Origin: Macrostomum lignano
Taxonomy: Eukaryota
Assembly: GCA_002269645.1 (NCBI GenBank)
Contig: NIVC01001745.1
Location: 68,826-132,825 of the forward strand
Direction of reading: 5' to 3'
Length of the DNA: 64,000 nucleotides
The position numbers were made by a program, and so were the translations under genes. Shown here one piece after another: positions 1-16,208 of the stretch. The notes beneath the pieces are model-generated. The model did no database searches and was not told where the DNA came from. It saw only the letters and a program-made list of their open reading frames with translations. How positions within the stretch are numbered: position 1 is the stretch's first letter; the number at the start of each line of letters is the position of its first letter.

Positions 1-3931
<3,931 letters not shown>

Positions 3932-5099
3932 GTCAAAATAATGCACTAATATTAGAATTTGTAGCTAATGAATGTAAATTGAAATGACTGCAGATGAATT
4001 CAGTTGAAATTCAGTTTTATATCTTTTGTTTTCTTCTCAGACAATCGCAATACTTGATTTTATACTTTCTACATTTTGTAAAGCACGCTAATTATTTGGC
4101 CAGAGACGCTTAAAAGTAAGAGCATGGAGAAGCTGCAATAGTACTTCCACACTCAACTTCGTGGGCGAAAATCAGAGCCAAGAAGTCTGTGGACCAAAGT
4201 CTACACCCAACATGATGAATTTTATATCATTACTATTTTGTTGAATTTCATGGCGCCCTATAAGAATTTAAATATTTTTGGAAGCTTAAATGGTGGAGTC
4301 AAAAGTCCAGCTTGTTTGGTAAGTTTAAGCGTAGCAAACCTGTGAACTTAAATTTATCAATTGAGGATTTTCACGAAACGATTCCAGAACCAGAATAATC
4401 GAAGAACAAAGTGCTATTTGGGTTCCGCTATCGTAATTCTACAATTCTGCAATTGGATTGTAATTGATAGCCATTATTCAAAATTTTAATGTTTGAGTTG
4501 TACCTTCAAGAAAAAATAAACTCAAGAAAAAATAGAAATCGTATTTTTCCATCTCTTAAATTAGCAGCTGAAACTGTTTAGTCGAATTAGGCAAATTGTT
4601 CTGGTTTTGGAATCATGCAGAGTCGACGATATGGACATGTTCTTTGTCGCATTTTTTGGATAATTAAATTGACCGAATGAATGCGTGCACTAATAGTTTA
4701 GAAAGCTAACTAGAGATATAAAAATTAACAAATTAATAAAAATACTGACTTGGTTTATCAGTTGCATTTTGTGCTGCATCGCTTCTCCTTGCTTTTTCAG
4801 CTTAAATAGCGCCAGTTTCCACTCAGGGAGATAATTCCCTCCTTCGTTTTTCATTAGTGGTCCCGCGCATTTCCTCAGTCTGCACTAACACTCTTCTTAC
4901 ACTGTGCCTGCCCTGTGTGCTGTGGGCGCTTCCATTATTCCCCCCAATCTAATAGCTTTCTGCTACGCTAGTACAAATTGCGCTACAAACAGCCCATCAG
5001 CTGAGATCGGACCGGCGGGGCCCCGCTTCCCGTGACCCGTGTTACAAGCAAACCTCCGTTTCCACTCTCGTCCAAAAAAACATTTACCCCGCCGCGATT

Positions 5100-5130
5100 C
5101 TATTGGTTGAGCGAGGAAGTATATAAAGTC
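5100..5130 (+). promoter_or_regulatory. Possible Cdc25 core promoter: inverted CCAAT (ATTGG) and TATA-like TATATAAA
   Basis: ctattggtt at about 5100-5108 and gtatataaag at about 5120-5129, inside a GC-rich patch about 300 bp upstream of the ATG. Short motifs, no functional evidence. Confidence 0.3.
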
Positions 5131-5430
5131 CTAACGCCGGGCCTCTCACAGCCGCCCCGCTTCGTCTCTCTCCGGCTTGACCGCTGGTTGTCTGTCGGTG
5201 TTAAAACCATTCACCAAGTGAGCTGGCTGGCACTAGGTTAGGTTGGTTTAGGCAAGAAACTTTCAGCCGTGAGTTTTCTATAGCTGCGAGCTTATTTTTA
5301 ATTTTAATTTGCTTCTTGGTTTTTGTCAATTCGATTCCCACTATTCAACAAGAAGCAAGAACTGGCTATTTTAAATTCGAAACATTGATACTTCACTTAA
5401 CAGCTGATTGAGCCAGTGCCAGCAATAATA

Positions 5431-8177
5431 ATGTCTGCAAGCAAAAGTGGCACAGCTACAAAAACAGACCAGCTCCAACCTGGCATTCTATCAGTTGATA
5501 AACTGCTTTCTACCAAGCGCTGCAGCAGCAGCAGCAGTGGCAGCGCCACATCTACTGGCCTCAACAATGGTCTACCATTGTCCCAGCCACTTGGCAACGA
5601 GAATACTAGCAACTCAACACCACCAGCTGGGCTCTGTCTAGACTGTGACACATGCGACAGTGACGATAGTGTGCACCAGTTCATGATGAGTGGCAGCACA
5701 GCAATGCCCTCCTGTGCACCAAACCATAACTATGAAGACTTTCTTAACTGTCAGCTGCAGGATGAGGATGATGAAAATGAACTGGAGATTCTGGGAACTG
5801 TCCGAACTGTGAGTTAATTCCTTATTCTTTATTCTAAACTGATATTTTTTGTTTTGCTTAGGCCTAGTTATTGATTATTTGTATAGCTAACTAGGTCTTA
5901 TAGTTATAAGAGCCTATCTAGATTTAAATTAAATCAATTAGACCAAGATGCCAATAGCCTATCAAAAGTGAATAAATAAATAGACTAATGAATAAATACT
6001 TTTTTCAAAAGCAGTATTTCCTATTTTTATTGTTTTTATAGTTTTTCTATTTATAGCATTGCATTAAGCCTAGCATAGAAAAAAAATGAGTTGGGTTTAC
6101 TTCATCATTTGGCAAATTTTGTTTAAACAGAAACTATTTTAGTTAGGAAAGATTGACCTATTTATTGAATTTTTACACTGTTGTAAAGGCAAAAGCGGGA
6201 CTTATATTGTATTAGGAATATTACAAGAAGCTAAAAGCAAGGCAATTGTAAATTTAAGTATTTAATATTCCTTAAAATAAAAAAGCTGGGAATCTGGCCA
6301 TTGGCTACTAAACTCTTATTATCCCTAATAACTCTTAATGACCCCTTTCATTTTTTCTTGGTTCCTATTAAAAATAATAATTGGTTGAGAAAAGATAGAA
6401 ACTTGAATATGCCTCATTAATCTCTTGTTTATCTTTAATAAGTCTACTATAATTTCACTGATTTGAAGTAAGATTGAATGAAACACTGATTCCCAATTGC
6501 TAACATCCAATACCCATCACCCAGCGTCCGCCTTCGCCTCGCCGCCCAATCGCCGTCACAATTCCATTCCGAGCCGTTGCTTCTGAGCCAGCCACGGCTG
6601 CCTTGGCTGCCAAGAGTCGGCAGAGCAAGAAGCGCCAGACTGAGGACAGCCGGTCGCCTGCAGCTTCCAGCCAGTCCAGCGCCGACTGCAGCGAAGACGA
6701 AGAATCCAAGCGCAGACGAGTAGCTTTAACGCCTTTAGGAGATTCAACAAATATTTCTAGCCCGAGTGGTGCCAACCAGTCTAAGCTGGGCCGCTGCATG
6801 AGCGAGTGCACTAATTTGAACCGAGTTGCTGACAGCACAGCCCGTATTGATAAAGCTATCGCTTCCATTGATTCTTTGAACCTGATTGGCAACTCCGAGC
6901 AGACTCACTCGCTGCCCACTGTCAAGTCTCTAGACTATGGCATTCGGTCTGTGACCGCCGACACCTTAGCTGGGCTTTTAAATGGCCAATTCGCCAACTC
7001 TGTAGCCAGTTACATCATAGTGGACTGTCGCTACCCGTTCGAATTCCGTGGCGGCCATGTTCGCGGAGCGGTGAATCTCTACAGGCCGGAAGTGCTGCTT
7101 GACCGGCTGCTTCCGGCGGCTGGTGGTAGCTTGCCTGCAGCCGGGGACCGAGTAGTGATCATTTTCCACTGCGAGTTCAGCAGCCAGCGGGCTCCTAGGA
7201 TGGCTCGATTGTTGAGACAGCGAGATCGGGAACTTAATGCTCAAAATTATCCGCAGCTGCACTACCCGGAGCTCTACCTGCTGCAGGGCGGATACAAGGC
7301 GTTTTACGAGAGTCACCAGGTAGCCATTTTTTGTTTTGATTCTGACAGCTTCAGTAGAATTTGTCGTCTTTTGGCAATTGGGGCGCTGTCGCAGGCCATT
7401 GAAAACTGAGATGCTAGCTGGGCATCAGTAAAAAATATCAGCATGTCTATCAAACCTTTATGCTCCTGAGCCTCTCTGGCCCACAGAAGCTGTAGAAGTC
7501 TGCAAAATCCAATGTTAAAATGTTTACAGATCTTACTCACAGATTTGACAATTATCAAGCATGGAATCAAGCCTTGCGAATTCCAGTTGTTGCTAAGGTG
7601 GGGAATTCCAGGAATACAGGTATTCTCAGGATGGGGATTACAGTTGTTTATAGGTTGGGGAATTCCAGTTGTTGCTAAGGTGGGAATTTCCAGTTGTTTG
7701 CTATTGGGACGAATTCCAGGTGTTGCTAAGATGGAGAATTCCAGGTGTTCACATGGTGGGTATTACAGGTGTTTATAGGATGGGGAAGTCCAAGTGGTCA
7801 TATGATAGGGAATTCCAGTTGTTGCTAAGGTGGGGAATTCCAGTTGTTTACTATTGATATTGTGGGGAATTCCAGTTGTTTGCTATTGATATTGTGGGGA
7901 ATTTCAGTTGTTTGCTATTGATATTGTGGGAAATCCAATTTGTTGCTAAGCTGGGGAATTCCAGCCTTACATGTCGAAAAATGGAAACCCAAACCTGCTC
8001 AACATACAATCCGCACAGGGGCACTGCGAGCCGTGCGGCTACACAAAAATGTGCGACCCCAACTACTCGCAGCAGTTGGTCCACTTTGACAAGCTCGGCC
8101 GGGCCTGGGAGCGCCAGAATTCCCGGTCGAAGCATTCTCGACTGCAGCGACTAGCGGGGTCGCCTCGACTCGAGTGA
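5431..8177 (+). CDS. CDC25: M-phase inducer phosphatase Cdc25/string
   Basis: Exons 5431-5808, 6525-7319 and 8019-8177 (all phase 0, GT-AG). Rhodanese domain IVDCRYPFEFRGGHVRGAVN, intact catalytic HCEFSSQR (HCX5R), YPELYLLQGGYKAFY, then HCEPCGY in the last exon. Confidence 0.95.
7578..7965. repeat. Degenerate minisatellite (core GGGGAATTCCAGTTGTT) in Cdc25 intron 2
   Basis: About a dozen imperfect copies within intron 7320-8018. Confidence 0.85.
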
Positions 8178-9261
8178 GATTCGATCGAGAGAGTTTTTTT
8201 AAGCGGCAGGATCGACCGTGAAATTTGGAAGCAGTTTAGCCTAACGAATAGACACTAATATACACATAGCAATATTATATAATGACACAACTGTGACAAT
8301 CATACTACTGCATACCGAGAGTAGTGTCATACAGGTCATATTTTGTTAGTAATTTTTCAATTAGATAGTCGTAAGTATCTATATTAGTCTAGTTTATATA
8401 TTATAAATTATAGCAATATTTTATTATACACATTTCGAGCCCAATAATATTTGTTTTTATTAATCCCCTTTATCATCAGAGGCTTTAATATAATCTTACT
8501 ACTGCAATATCAATGTCCAAAAATGCAGGTTGCACAAATTAATATTAATTTTTACTTTTTTTCTGTATTGTTTTATTTAGCTATTCTAACTGACTATTGT
8601 CCTGGTGTTGTTTTATTAACTAATATTAACGTATTTAATAGTGATCGGCTGCTCATATCTTTAATATCAAAATATTATCATTTTTAATATGCGGCATGCA
8701 ATACCATTGCTACCAGTAGATGCAATTTCGTCACAGCAAGTCGCATTTTAGTTACCAAACCCCTATTGTGCTACTTTGGCAAGTAAGTAGTACGCGTGAT
8801 TATTTTAAAAAAAGACCTTTCGCCTGTCGGGGCTTTCTAAGGCAGCTCAGTGAGTTGAGCTAATAATTTTGCATTCTATTATTATTATTATTAACCAGCT
8901 GTACGGCCAATTGCACTTTAATCTCTGCTCTTTTATTTCTCTTTTTTATCTCAGCTGCCGCCCATCTCTATGGCTCCCCGATTGCACAGTGATGCAAATG
9001 ATGATGATAAATAAAAACTGAATATTGAAAACAATATGCAGCGATTCGCGATCGACTGGAGCAAGCCAAGGCGCAGCGCCGCCTGGAAACCATTTTTTAA
9101 TAAACTGTGGAATTGCGCAAATGATTTGCATGCGAACGCTTTAATAACTTGCCTAGGAAATTTGTCTCCTTTGTTAATAATGAGCTAAGATAGTTAATTT
9201 TTATGGATTACTAGCCTAGCCAATGTGAATTAGACATGAATAGAATGGACTAGCAATCAGT

Positions 9262-9480
9262 GCCCCCCCCCCGTTGGGGAGCCAACAAAGAATGGAATAC
9301 AAGTTTTTTAATAAACTACATGTATAGCTTCTCCTTGCAAAAACCTCAGCAATTATTCCCCTTGTAAGCCTTGACATCGTAGGCATTCCCAAATGAATCT
9401 TCTATGTTCGACATGACGCTTCTGTCACATGTATCTCTGACATTACGCTTTTATTTTTTACATGACGCTTCTATCAGCGC
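9262..9480 (+). mobile_element. Copy of a dispersed repeat module also present in tandem at about 47003-48000
   Basis: Shared blocks gcccccccc(c)gttggggagccaa, aataaactacatgta, gccttgacatcgtag, attcccaaatgaatct and ttttacatgacgcttctatcagcg are visible at both loci. Confidence 0.75.
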
Positions 9481-9486
9481 TCCAAT

Positions 9487-10438
9487 CACAGCAGGGTGAG
9501 CTGCAGCTCAGAGCTGCTGGTCAATCTCAGCAGGGCCGTGAGCTGGAGCTCAGAGCTGCCAGCCAATCACAGCAGGGTGAGCTGCAGCTCAGAGCTGCTG
9601 GCCAATCTCAGCAGGATGAGCTGGAGCTCAGAGCTGCCAGCCAATCACAGCAGGGTGAGCTGCAGCTCAGAGCTGCTGGCAAATCTCAGCAGGGTGAGCT
9701 GGAGCGCAGAGCTGCTAGCCAATCACAGCAGGGTGAGTTGGAGCTCAGAGCTGCTGGCCAATCTCAGCAGGGCCGTGAGCTGGAGCGCAGAGCTGCTAGC
9801 CAATCACAGAAGGGTGAGTTGGAGCTCAGAGCTGCCAGCCAATCACAGCAGGGTGAGCTGGAGCGCAGAGCTGCTGGCCAATCTCAGCAGGGTGAGCTGG
9901 AGCTCAGAGCTGCCAGCCAATCACAGCAGGGTGAGCTGGAGCTCAGAGCTGCTGGCCAATCTTAGCAGGGTGAGCTGGAGCTCAGAGCTGCCAGCCAATC
10001 ACAGCAGGGTGAGCTTGAGCTCAGAGCTGCTGGCCAATCTCAGCAGGGCCGTGAGCTGGAGCTCAGAGCTGCCAGCCAATCACAGCAGGGTGAGCTGCAG
10101 CTCAGAGCTGCTGGCCAATCTCAGCAGGGTGAGCTGCAGCTCAGAGCTGCCAGCCAATCACAGCAGGGTGAGCTGCAGCTCAGAGCTGCTGGCCAATCTC
10201 AGCAGGGCCGTGAGCTGGAGCGCAGAGCTGCTAGCCAATCACAGCAGGGTGAGTTGGAGCTCAGAGCTGCTGGCCAATCTCAGCAAGGGTGAGCTGGAGC
10301 TCAGAGCTGCCAGCCAATCACAGCAGGGTGAGCTGGAGCTGAGAGCTGCCAGCCAATCACAGCAGGGTGAGCTGGAGCTCAGAGCTGCTGGCCAATCACA
10401 GCAGGGTGAGCTGGAGCTCAGAGCTGCCAACCAATCAT
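9487..10438. repeat. 39-bp minisatellite GAGCTGGAGCTCAGAGCTGCCAGCCAATCACAGCAGGGT, about 24 copies
   Basis: Directly visible; lies between the convergent Cdc25 and ZDHHC genes. Confidence 0.97.
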
Positions 10439-11234
10439 AACTCGGTAAGCTGGAGCTCTGCCCAGATTGCCAACACTCACTCAACAAAGTTCTAACCTAG
10501 CTTGAATATTAACTTTATTTTCTGGCACTTTGTGCTCAAATCACCAGATGTTTCTTGCGCGAACAATTTAAGATAAATTTTCAAAAAATCCATTTGATGA
10601 CAGCATTGGATTCTTGCACGTAGACTTAGGTGACCATAACGAGCGTAAAATCACTAAATGATTTTTTATGCAACAAAATTGAAAGGATTTCATGAAGTCT
10701 CTTGTTCTCAATGCGACAGAAGATATAAAAATTGCACCTAAATAGAGGAAAATCAATTTGTTATAGAGCAGTAAAAGTTTAGCTCGTATCTGTAAGTTTT
10801 TTACCTTTCTAGAGCAGTGTGTACGAAATAGAATGGAAATTGCTATAATCTAGTCTATGTTATTAATTTATAAAATGCATGACTATTTCAGAGAGTAAAA
10901 TAACCGACATTGGGATCGCATTAAACACAATTCCACTTAAATCAGTTCAACAACTTCCTGCTTTAAAGTTAATAAAAATGTATTTAAAACAAGCACTGTA
11001 ATGGAGTTCAAAGTAGTTTTTTATTAAATAAAAAAGCATTTTACTTTCAGCCGAAGAAAGAAATCATATAAAGTCACTGCTTTAAAGCTTAAGGCCGCAT
11101 ATTCAGCATAAAAACTGCGGTAAGAAACTGCAGAAAATTTCACAACTAAACAAAAGTCAAAAGCTGCACAATGAGCAATGAATGAGAAGAGGTTGAGTGA
11201 ACCAAGAATTTCACTCAGGGTGTGGAGATTTTAC

Positions 11235-11545
11235 GAGCTAATGCATTTATTTTTATTATACATGTAGGCATGGGCTTGCGCACTTTAAGCGACATTGTCA
11301 CACAACCGGCACACAAGCGCGCGGATACGGATGCAGTCATACGCACAGGCACACACACACAGGAGTGTACAGCGGCCCTAACTTTATTTATCGCTAGGCA
11401 TGTACACTTCACTGTGCCTTGGCCCTCAAGGCCGTTAATTGCAGGAGCAGAGCCAAGCCGAGATTCCAATTCAGCCCCAAATGAAGTGGCTGCACTTGGA
11501 GTCGAGCCTGGGCCGCTGGCACATCAGAGCACCGCTTCAATTCAT
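11235..11545 (-). mobile_element. tRNA-derived SINE-like element
   Basis: B-box-like GGCTCGACTCC on the minus strand (11508-11498). The body resembles 703-862, and the 3' end is A-rich. Confidence 0.45.
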
Positions 11546-11862
11546 TTGTACCTGATATCAGGAATTATTTTCATAGTTTTCTTAATTCTACATACAGACT
11601 GGATGTAAATCAGTTATCATTCTAAGAATCTAGTAAAGCACACAGAAAAAATTTTTGAATCAGACTAAAGCATATCGGGAATTTAAAGTGGGGCAGTCGG
11701 TTTTGCCTACTGCTAAACGAAGCGAACAAATTGGCTTTCCTGGCATCAAATTTTGAGCACTTTTATTACTGGATTTCTCCGATGGATATTTTCTTTAACT
11801 ATTTGTTGAAACAAACAATCAGCCAATGCTGTACTTGAATGATACGTGCAGGTCTTTTGGCA

Positions 11863-14856
11863 CTAAACTGGCATTGGCTCCTTCACTTTTAACAGTTCAT
11901 CGTAATCCCACTGCGGTTTTAAATGGAAGAACTCCAGAAAATTGCGAGCCACGCCTCGGTCGAAGGGATTCCAAAATTTTCCCTGAGCATCCTGCAAATA
12001 CTTGTAGCGCTGCATGTTCATCAACTCGTTCGTTGTGATGTTCTTGGCGGCGTTGTACCACTGGAATTGGGGGAATTGCAACTGCCATTTAGACTGGAAT
12101 AAGAATATTGTTCAGCCTAGGGTGGCAGCTGAAGGATCAGGGAGGGGTGACAGCTCCTGATGAAGGATCGGAAGGATCGGCAGCTGAAGAATCGGGGAGT
12201 GGCAGCTGAAGGATCGGGGAGGGGTGGCAGCTGAAGGATCGGGGAGGAGTGGCAGCTGAAGGATCGGGGAAGGGTGGCAGCTGAAGGATCGGGGAGGGGT
12301 GGCAGCTGAAGGATCGGGGAGGGGTGGCAGCTGAAGAATCGGGGAGTGGCAGCTGAAGAATCGGGGAAGGGTGGCAGCTGAAGGATCGGGGAGGGGGAGG
12401 CAGCTGAAGGATCGGGGAGGGGTGGCAGCTGAAGGATCGGGGAGGAGTGGCAGCTGAAGGATCGGGGAGGGGTGGCAGCTGAAGGATCGGGGAGGAGTGG
12501 CAGCTGAAGGATCGGGGAAGCGTGGCAGCTGAAGGATCGGGGAGGGGTGGCAGCTGAAGGATCGGGGAGGAGTGGCAGCTGAAGGATCGGGGAGGGGGTG
12601 GCAGCTGAAGGATCGGGGAGGGGTGGCAGCTGAAGAATCGGGGAGTGGCAGCTGAAGAATCGGGGAAGGGTGGCAGCTGAAGGATCGGGGAGGGGTGGCA
12701 GCTGAAGGATCAGGGAGGGGTGGCAGCTGAAGGATCGGGGAGGGGTGGCAGCTGAAGGATCGGGGAGGGTGGCAGCTGAAGGATCGGGGAGGGGTGGCAG
12801 CTGAAGGATCGGGGAGGGTGGCAGCTGAAGGATCCAGGAGGGGTGGCAGCTGATGGCTAAAGGATGAAGGCCACCTTACCCCATATCTGTTGATGATGAT
12901 GAGCATGATGCCGAACAAAGCCTGTAGCGGCACGCCAATCATGTAGTCCCATCGGTAGGGCCGGCCCTCGATGTTCCACACGATCCAGATCAGATTCAGC
13001 GAGATTACGCCGGACAAGACGCAGAATGTCACGAACAGAAGGAAGCTGTGCCTGCGTGCGCGGGAGGGATGAATAGGCCGCATAAATCATTATTTAAATA
13101 GGCCTAACCACGGATTTGAATGTTAATAAAGATCTTAAGCAGTTAGATCCCAAGCTTAGATTGGTATAAACATCCCCATAATCAACCAAAACCACCTTGT
13201 CACGGCTGCTCACCTGTTGTTAGCTCCAACGCAGTTGTACACGTAGGGGCAGTGATGATCCATGTGCGACACGCACCTGTTGCAAATTTTGCAGTGCTTG
13301 GACCGCAACGGTTTCACGGCTCGGCAGGTGTGGCACAGCCGCTCCAACTGGCTGGAACCGGATCCCGCCAGCTTGATGGCCTGATCGTACTCAGGCTGGT
13401 TCCTGGCCAGGTAGCCTGGATCGCTCAGGTTGGTGTGGTAGAAGCAGATCCACATGAGCGCATTGAAGCAGATGAACAGGTAGTTCATGCCGGGGTACTG
13501 CTCAATGGTGAGCGGGAAGCCTCGAACAATATAGTTTGAGTAGCCCCAAACTCCGACTGTGATTAGAAAGAACAGCAGCGGGCAGCGGGTGTTTCCGGGC
13601 GGGCCAAACAGCAGGTGACTCCAATTAAGCTCTTCTCCCAGCATCGAGGATTGGCTGCGCTGTTGCTTGTTCAGGAAGTGCTCAATTTCCAGGTGACGAC
13701 GCCCGGCCGCGAGTTGAATTGGAGTTCGGCCGTTATTGTCCGCCACGTTGATTGCCACCTGAGATACAGGTGAGGAGAGGGGGTGAGTTCTTTATGGGTA
13801 AATGTTTATGAGATTTTCTAACTTACTATTTGTACGTTGGCTTGCCTAGGTAATTATTATCCGTGATTTTATTACTGCTTATTGTAATTAAATACCTGTC
13901 TGTTGGCTTGTCTAACTGATTATCTGTGATTTTATTACCGCGTATTATAGTTAAATACCTGTCTGTTGGCTTGCCTAGCTAATTATGTGTGATTTTATGA
14001 CCTTTGAACTAATTGCTTACCTGTAGTTAGTCGGCGTGCTTATCGATGATTAAATGACTGAAATCTATCTAACATTGCTTGATTGTCTTGTTTATTAAAA
14101 TAAAACTTCGCGCACCTAAGTGCGCAGACTTGCGGTAAAAGTAAGCCTTTTTACCTTATCAACAAAGCACAAATCGCGCACAATAGCCAAGCTGCCACCG
14201 ATGCAGGCAAAGTGCAGCGGCGTCTGCCCGTAAACGTCCTTCGCCTCCGGCTGGCAGCCAGCGTAGACCAGCAGTCGCATTAGGTCGGCCTGGCCTTTGA
14301 ACGCGGCCCAGTGCATCGCTGTGTCGCCTTCCAAGTCGAATGCGGCGATGGCGGCGCCGCGGGACATCAGATAGATTGCCGCCACCGTCTGGCCGTACTG
14401 GCAGGCTACCAGGAGCGGAGTGGCGCCTTTTTCGTCTCTCTGATCTATGCTAGCGCCGCACCGGTCCAGCAGGAATTCAATGATGGTCACGTGACCGTTA
14501 ACACTGGCCCAGTGAATCGGCCTCTGGCCAAGCTCGTGACTGCTCGTCAGGTTGCACAGGCCGGGATCTTGACTGGCGATGAAGTCCAGCACTCCTAGGC
14601 GGTAGTTCAGGCTGGCCCAGTGCGCCGCCGTGTGCCCCGCATCGTCGCGGCTGGCCAGAAGGTTGGCAGCAGCGTCGGCTTCTTCAGCTACTCGATGATG
14701 CAGATAGTCGAGATCGCCTCGCCTGGCTGCCTCGAAGATATCACGGCTGGGGGCCTCGGCGGCGGCTGTTGCAGCGGCTCGCAAGAGTTGCTTCTTGCTT
14801 TGACCAACGCTGGTCTTGTAGACCTCGACAAATGAGCCAACAATGCTGCTGGCCAT
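11863..14856 (-). CDS. ZDHHC17: Ankyrin-repeat DHHC palmitoyltransferase (ZDHHC17/13, HIP14-like)
   Basis: Exons 14856-14155, 13758-13214, 13051-12880 and about 12060 (or 12093)-11863, with consistent phases. Multiple ankyrin repeats (GHTAAHWA, GATPLLVA, GQTPLHFA), DPG motif, DHHC-CRD CHTC...RSKHCKICNRCVSHMDHHCPYVYNCVG, TTNE motif and NPFDRG. Confidence 0.93.
12118..12852. repeat. 25-bp minisatellite GGCAGCTGAAGGATCGGGGAGGGGT in the last ZDHHC intron
   Basis: About 29 copies, filling most of the intron. Confidence 0.97.
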
Positions 14857-16081
14857 GACCCAATGCTAACTTCTGATCTTAACAAGATGCTTAGCCTGCA
14901 ATAAATAGATGGCATTCATGATTAAATAGACTTAATGTATTATATTTTTTTAAAAGTCCCTGAGAGCAATACATTCTTTTGTTCCCTAAATCAACTTTTA
15001 TATTAAATACTAATGTTATGAGTCATGCTTACTAATTATAATGCATACTCATACAAACAATTCATAACTCAAAAACTCAGTTTGATAAGTCAGAAAAAAT
15101 AAGTTAAGAATTTAACTATACCTGTGAGCAATGAGAATAGTAAAGTTTACCACTTTATTAATGTTTAGAAATCTACTTTTTTAGAAAAATCAAGGACAAT
15201 GACAATTGAACACAAATCTTAGTTTTATTATTTGTTTGAACTTGGTGATAAACTGTTTAAAAATAACAAAAATACTGATAAAGGCTGCCCATAGTGGTTG
15301 AAAACCACATATTTACTTTGTGACCAAAAAGGTGTAAAATTAAATAAATTAGGGAAGGGGGTCAGGCAGCTTAAAACCTTAGAACCACCCTTACTATGTA
15401 TGATGGTAATCCAATATGATAAGCAGAAATATATATTTTTTACTACTGACATTAAATCTACACCCGACCATGCCCGATAAAATCATACTTATCGTAACCA
15501 AAATTTAGTCAAAGTATGCAAGTTAAGCGAAGGTATAATAAATAAAACATTTTCGTAAAAAACAGCTCAAGATTAAACTGTCATTTTTATAAAAATTGAA
15601 AAGACAGTTAAAACTATTTTTTAAGCTTTCTTCACTGTAAATTATACAAGCTTTGTTTATATTTGTTCTTCTAAGAGCAACAGTTTAAATGTTAGAAAAA
15701 AAATTTGTGGAAACATGAACTTCTGAATAGATATAGATAGATCAACCTGGAGAAGTCCTTCGACAGCTTCTAGTTCTGGGTTGCTCATTATTATACCATT
15801 TAGTGAAGTCAGTGGACTATTGACTGCTATGAGTATGGACTAACTTGTTTTAACTTATTGAATTGATTTTTTAACTCAAAATAATTTAATGCAGTAAACT
15901 AGGATTATGCCATGGATATCATTATCATATGTAGTTATACATATATTTGATATAATGATGGAACTAAAAAGCTATAGCTAATATTATTATAAGCTAGTAT
16001 GCTTTATTTTTTATAGATATATGACACTTGTCACTTACCAATTTTGGGCACTAGGCCTAGTTCCCAGTGAGCTCCGCGAAA

Positions 16082-16208
16082 CCCACAAACCCAAGGACAC
16101 GCGCGAAGCGCGTGTCCTTGGGTTTGTGGGGTGAGCGGAGCGAACGCGCGAGGCACAAAGTGCCGAGCATGAGGAACAAACAGCCAGCCAATGCGCGAAG
16201 CGCATTGG
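16082..16208. other. Two perfect DNA hairpins with GCGAAGC loops
   Basis: CCCACAAACCCAAGGACACGCGC-GAA-GCGCGTGTCCTTGGGTTTGTGGG (16082-16130, 23-bp stem) and CCAATGCGC-GAA-GCGCATTGG (16188-16208, 9-bp stem). Confidence 0.9.

Noticed and set aside
7578-7965. GGGGAATTCC / GGGATATCCC as NF-kB site clusters
   Set aside because: They match the consensus but are just repeat-unit palindromes. There is no evidence that NF-kB exists or binds here.
9462-10440. Long repetitive ORFs over tandem arrays (also 23563-24228, 26078-26921, 29097-30173, 38369-39226, 58487-60643, 62654-63324)
   Set aside because: They are open in several frames and on both strands simply because the units lack stop codons. Most lie inside introns defined by phase-consistent flanking exons.
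11460-11545. Functional tRNA gene
   Set aside because: Only a B-box-like motif is present. I could not fold a cloverleaf, so it is better explained as a SINE head.
16065-16085. Hammerhead-ribozyme-like CAGTGAG...CGAAAC
   Set aside because: The core does not match CUGANGA, and I could not form stems I and III.
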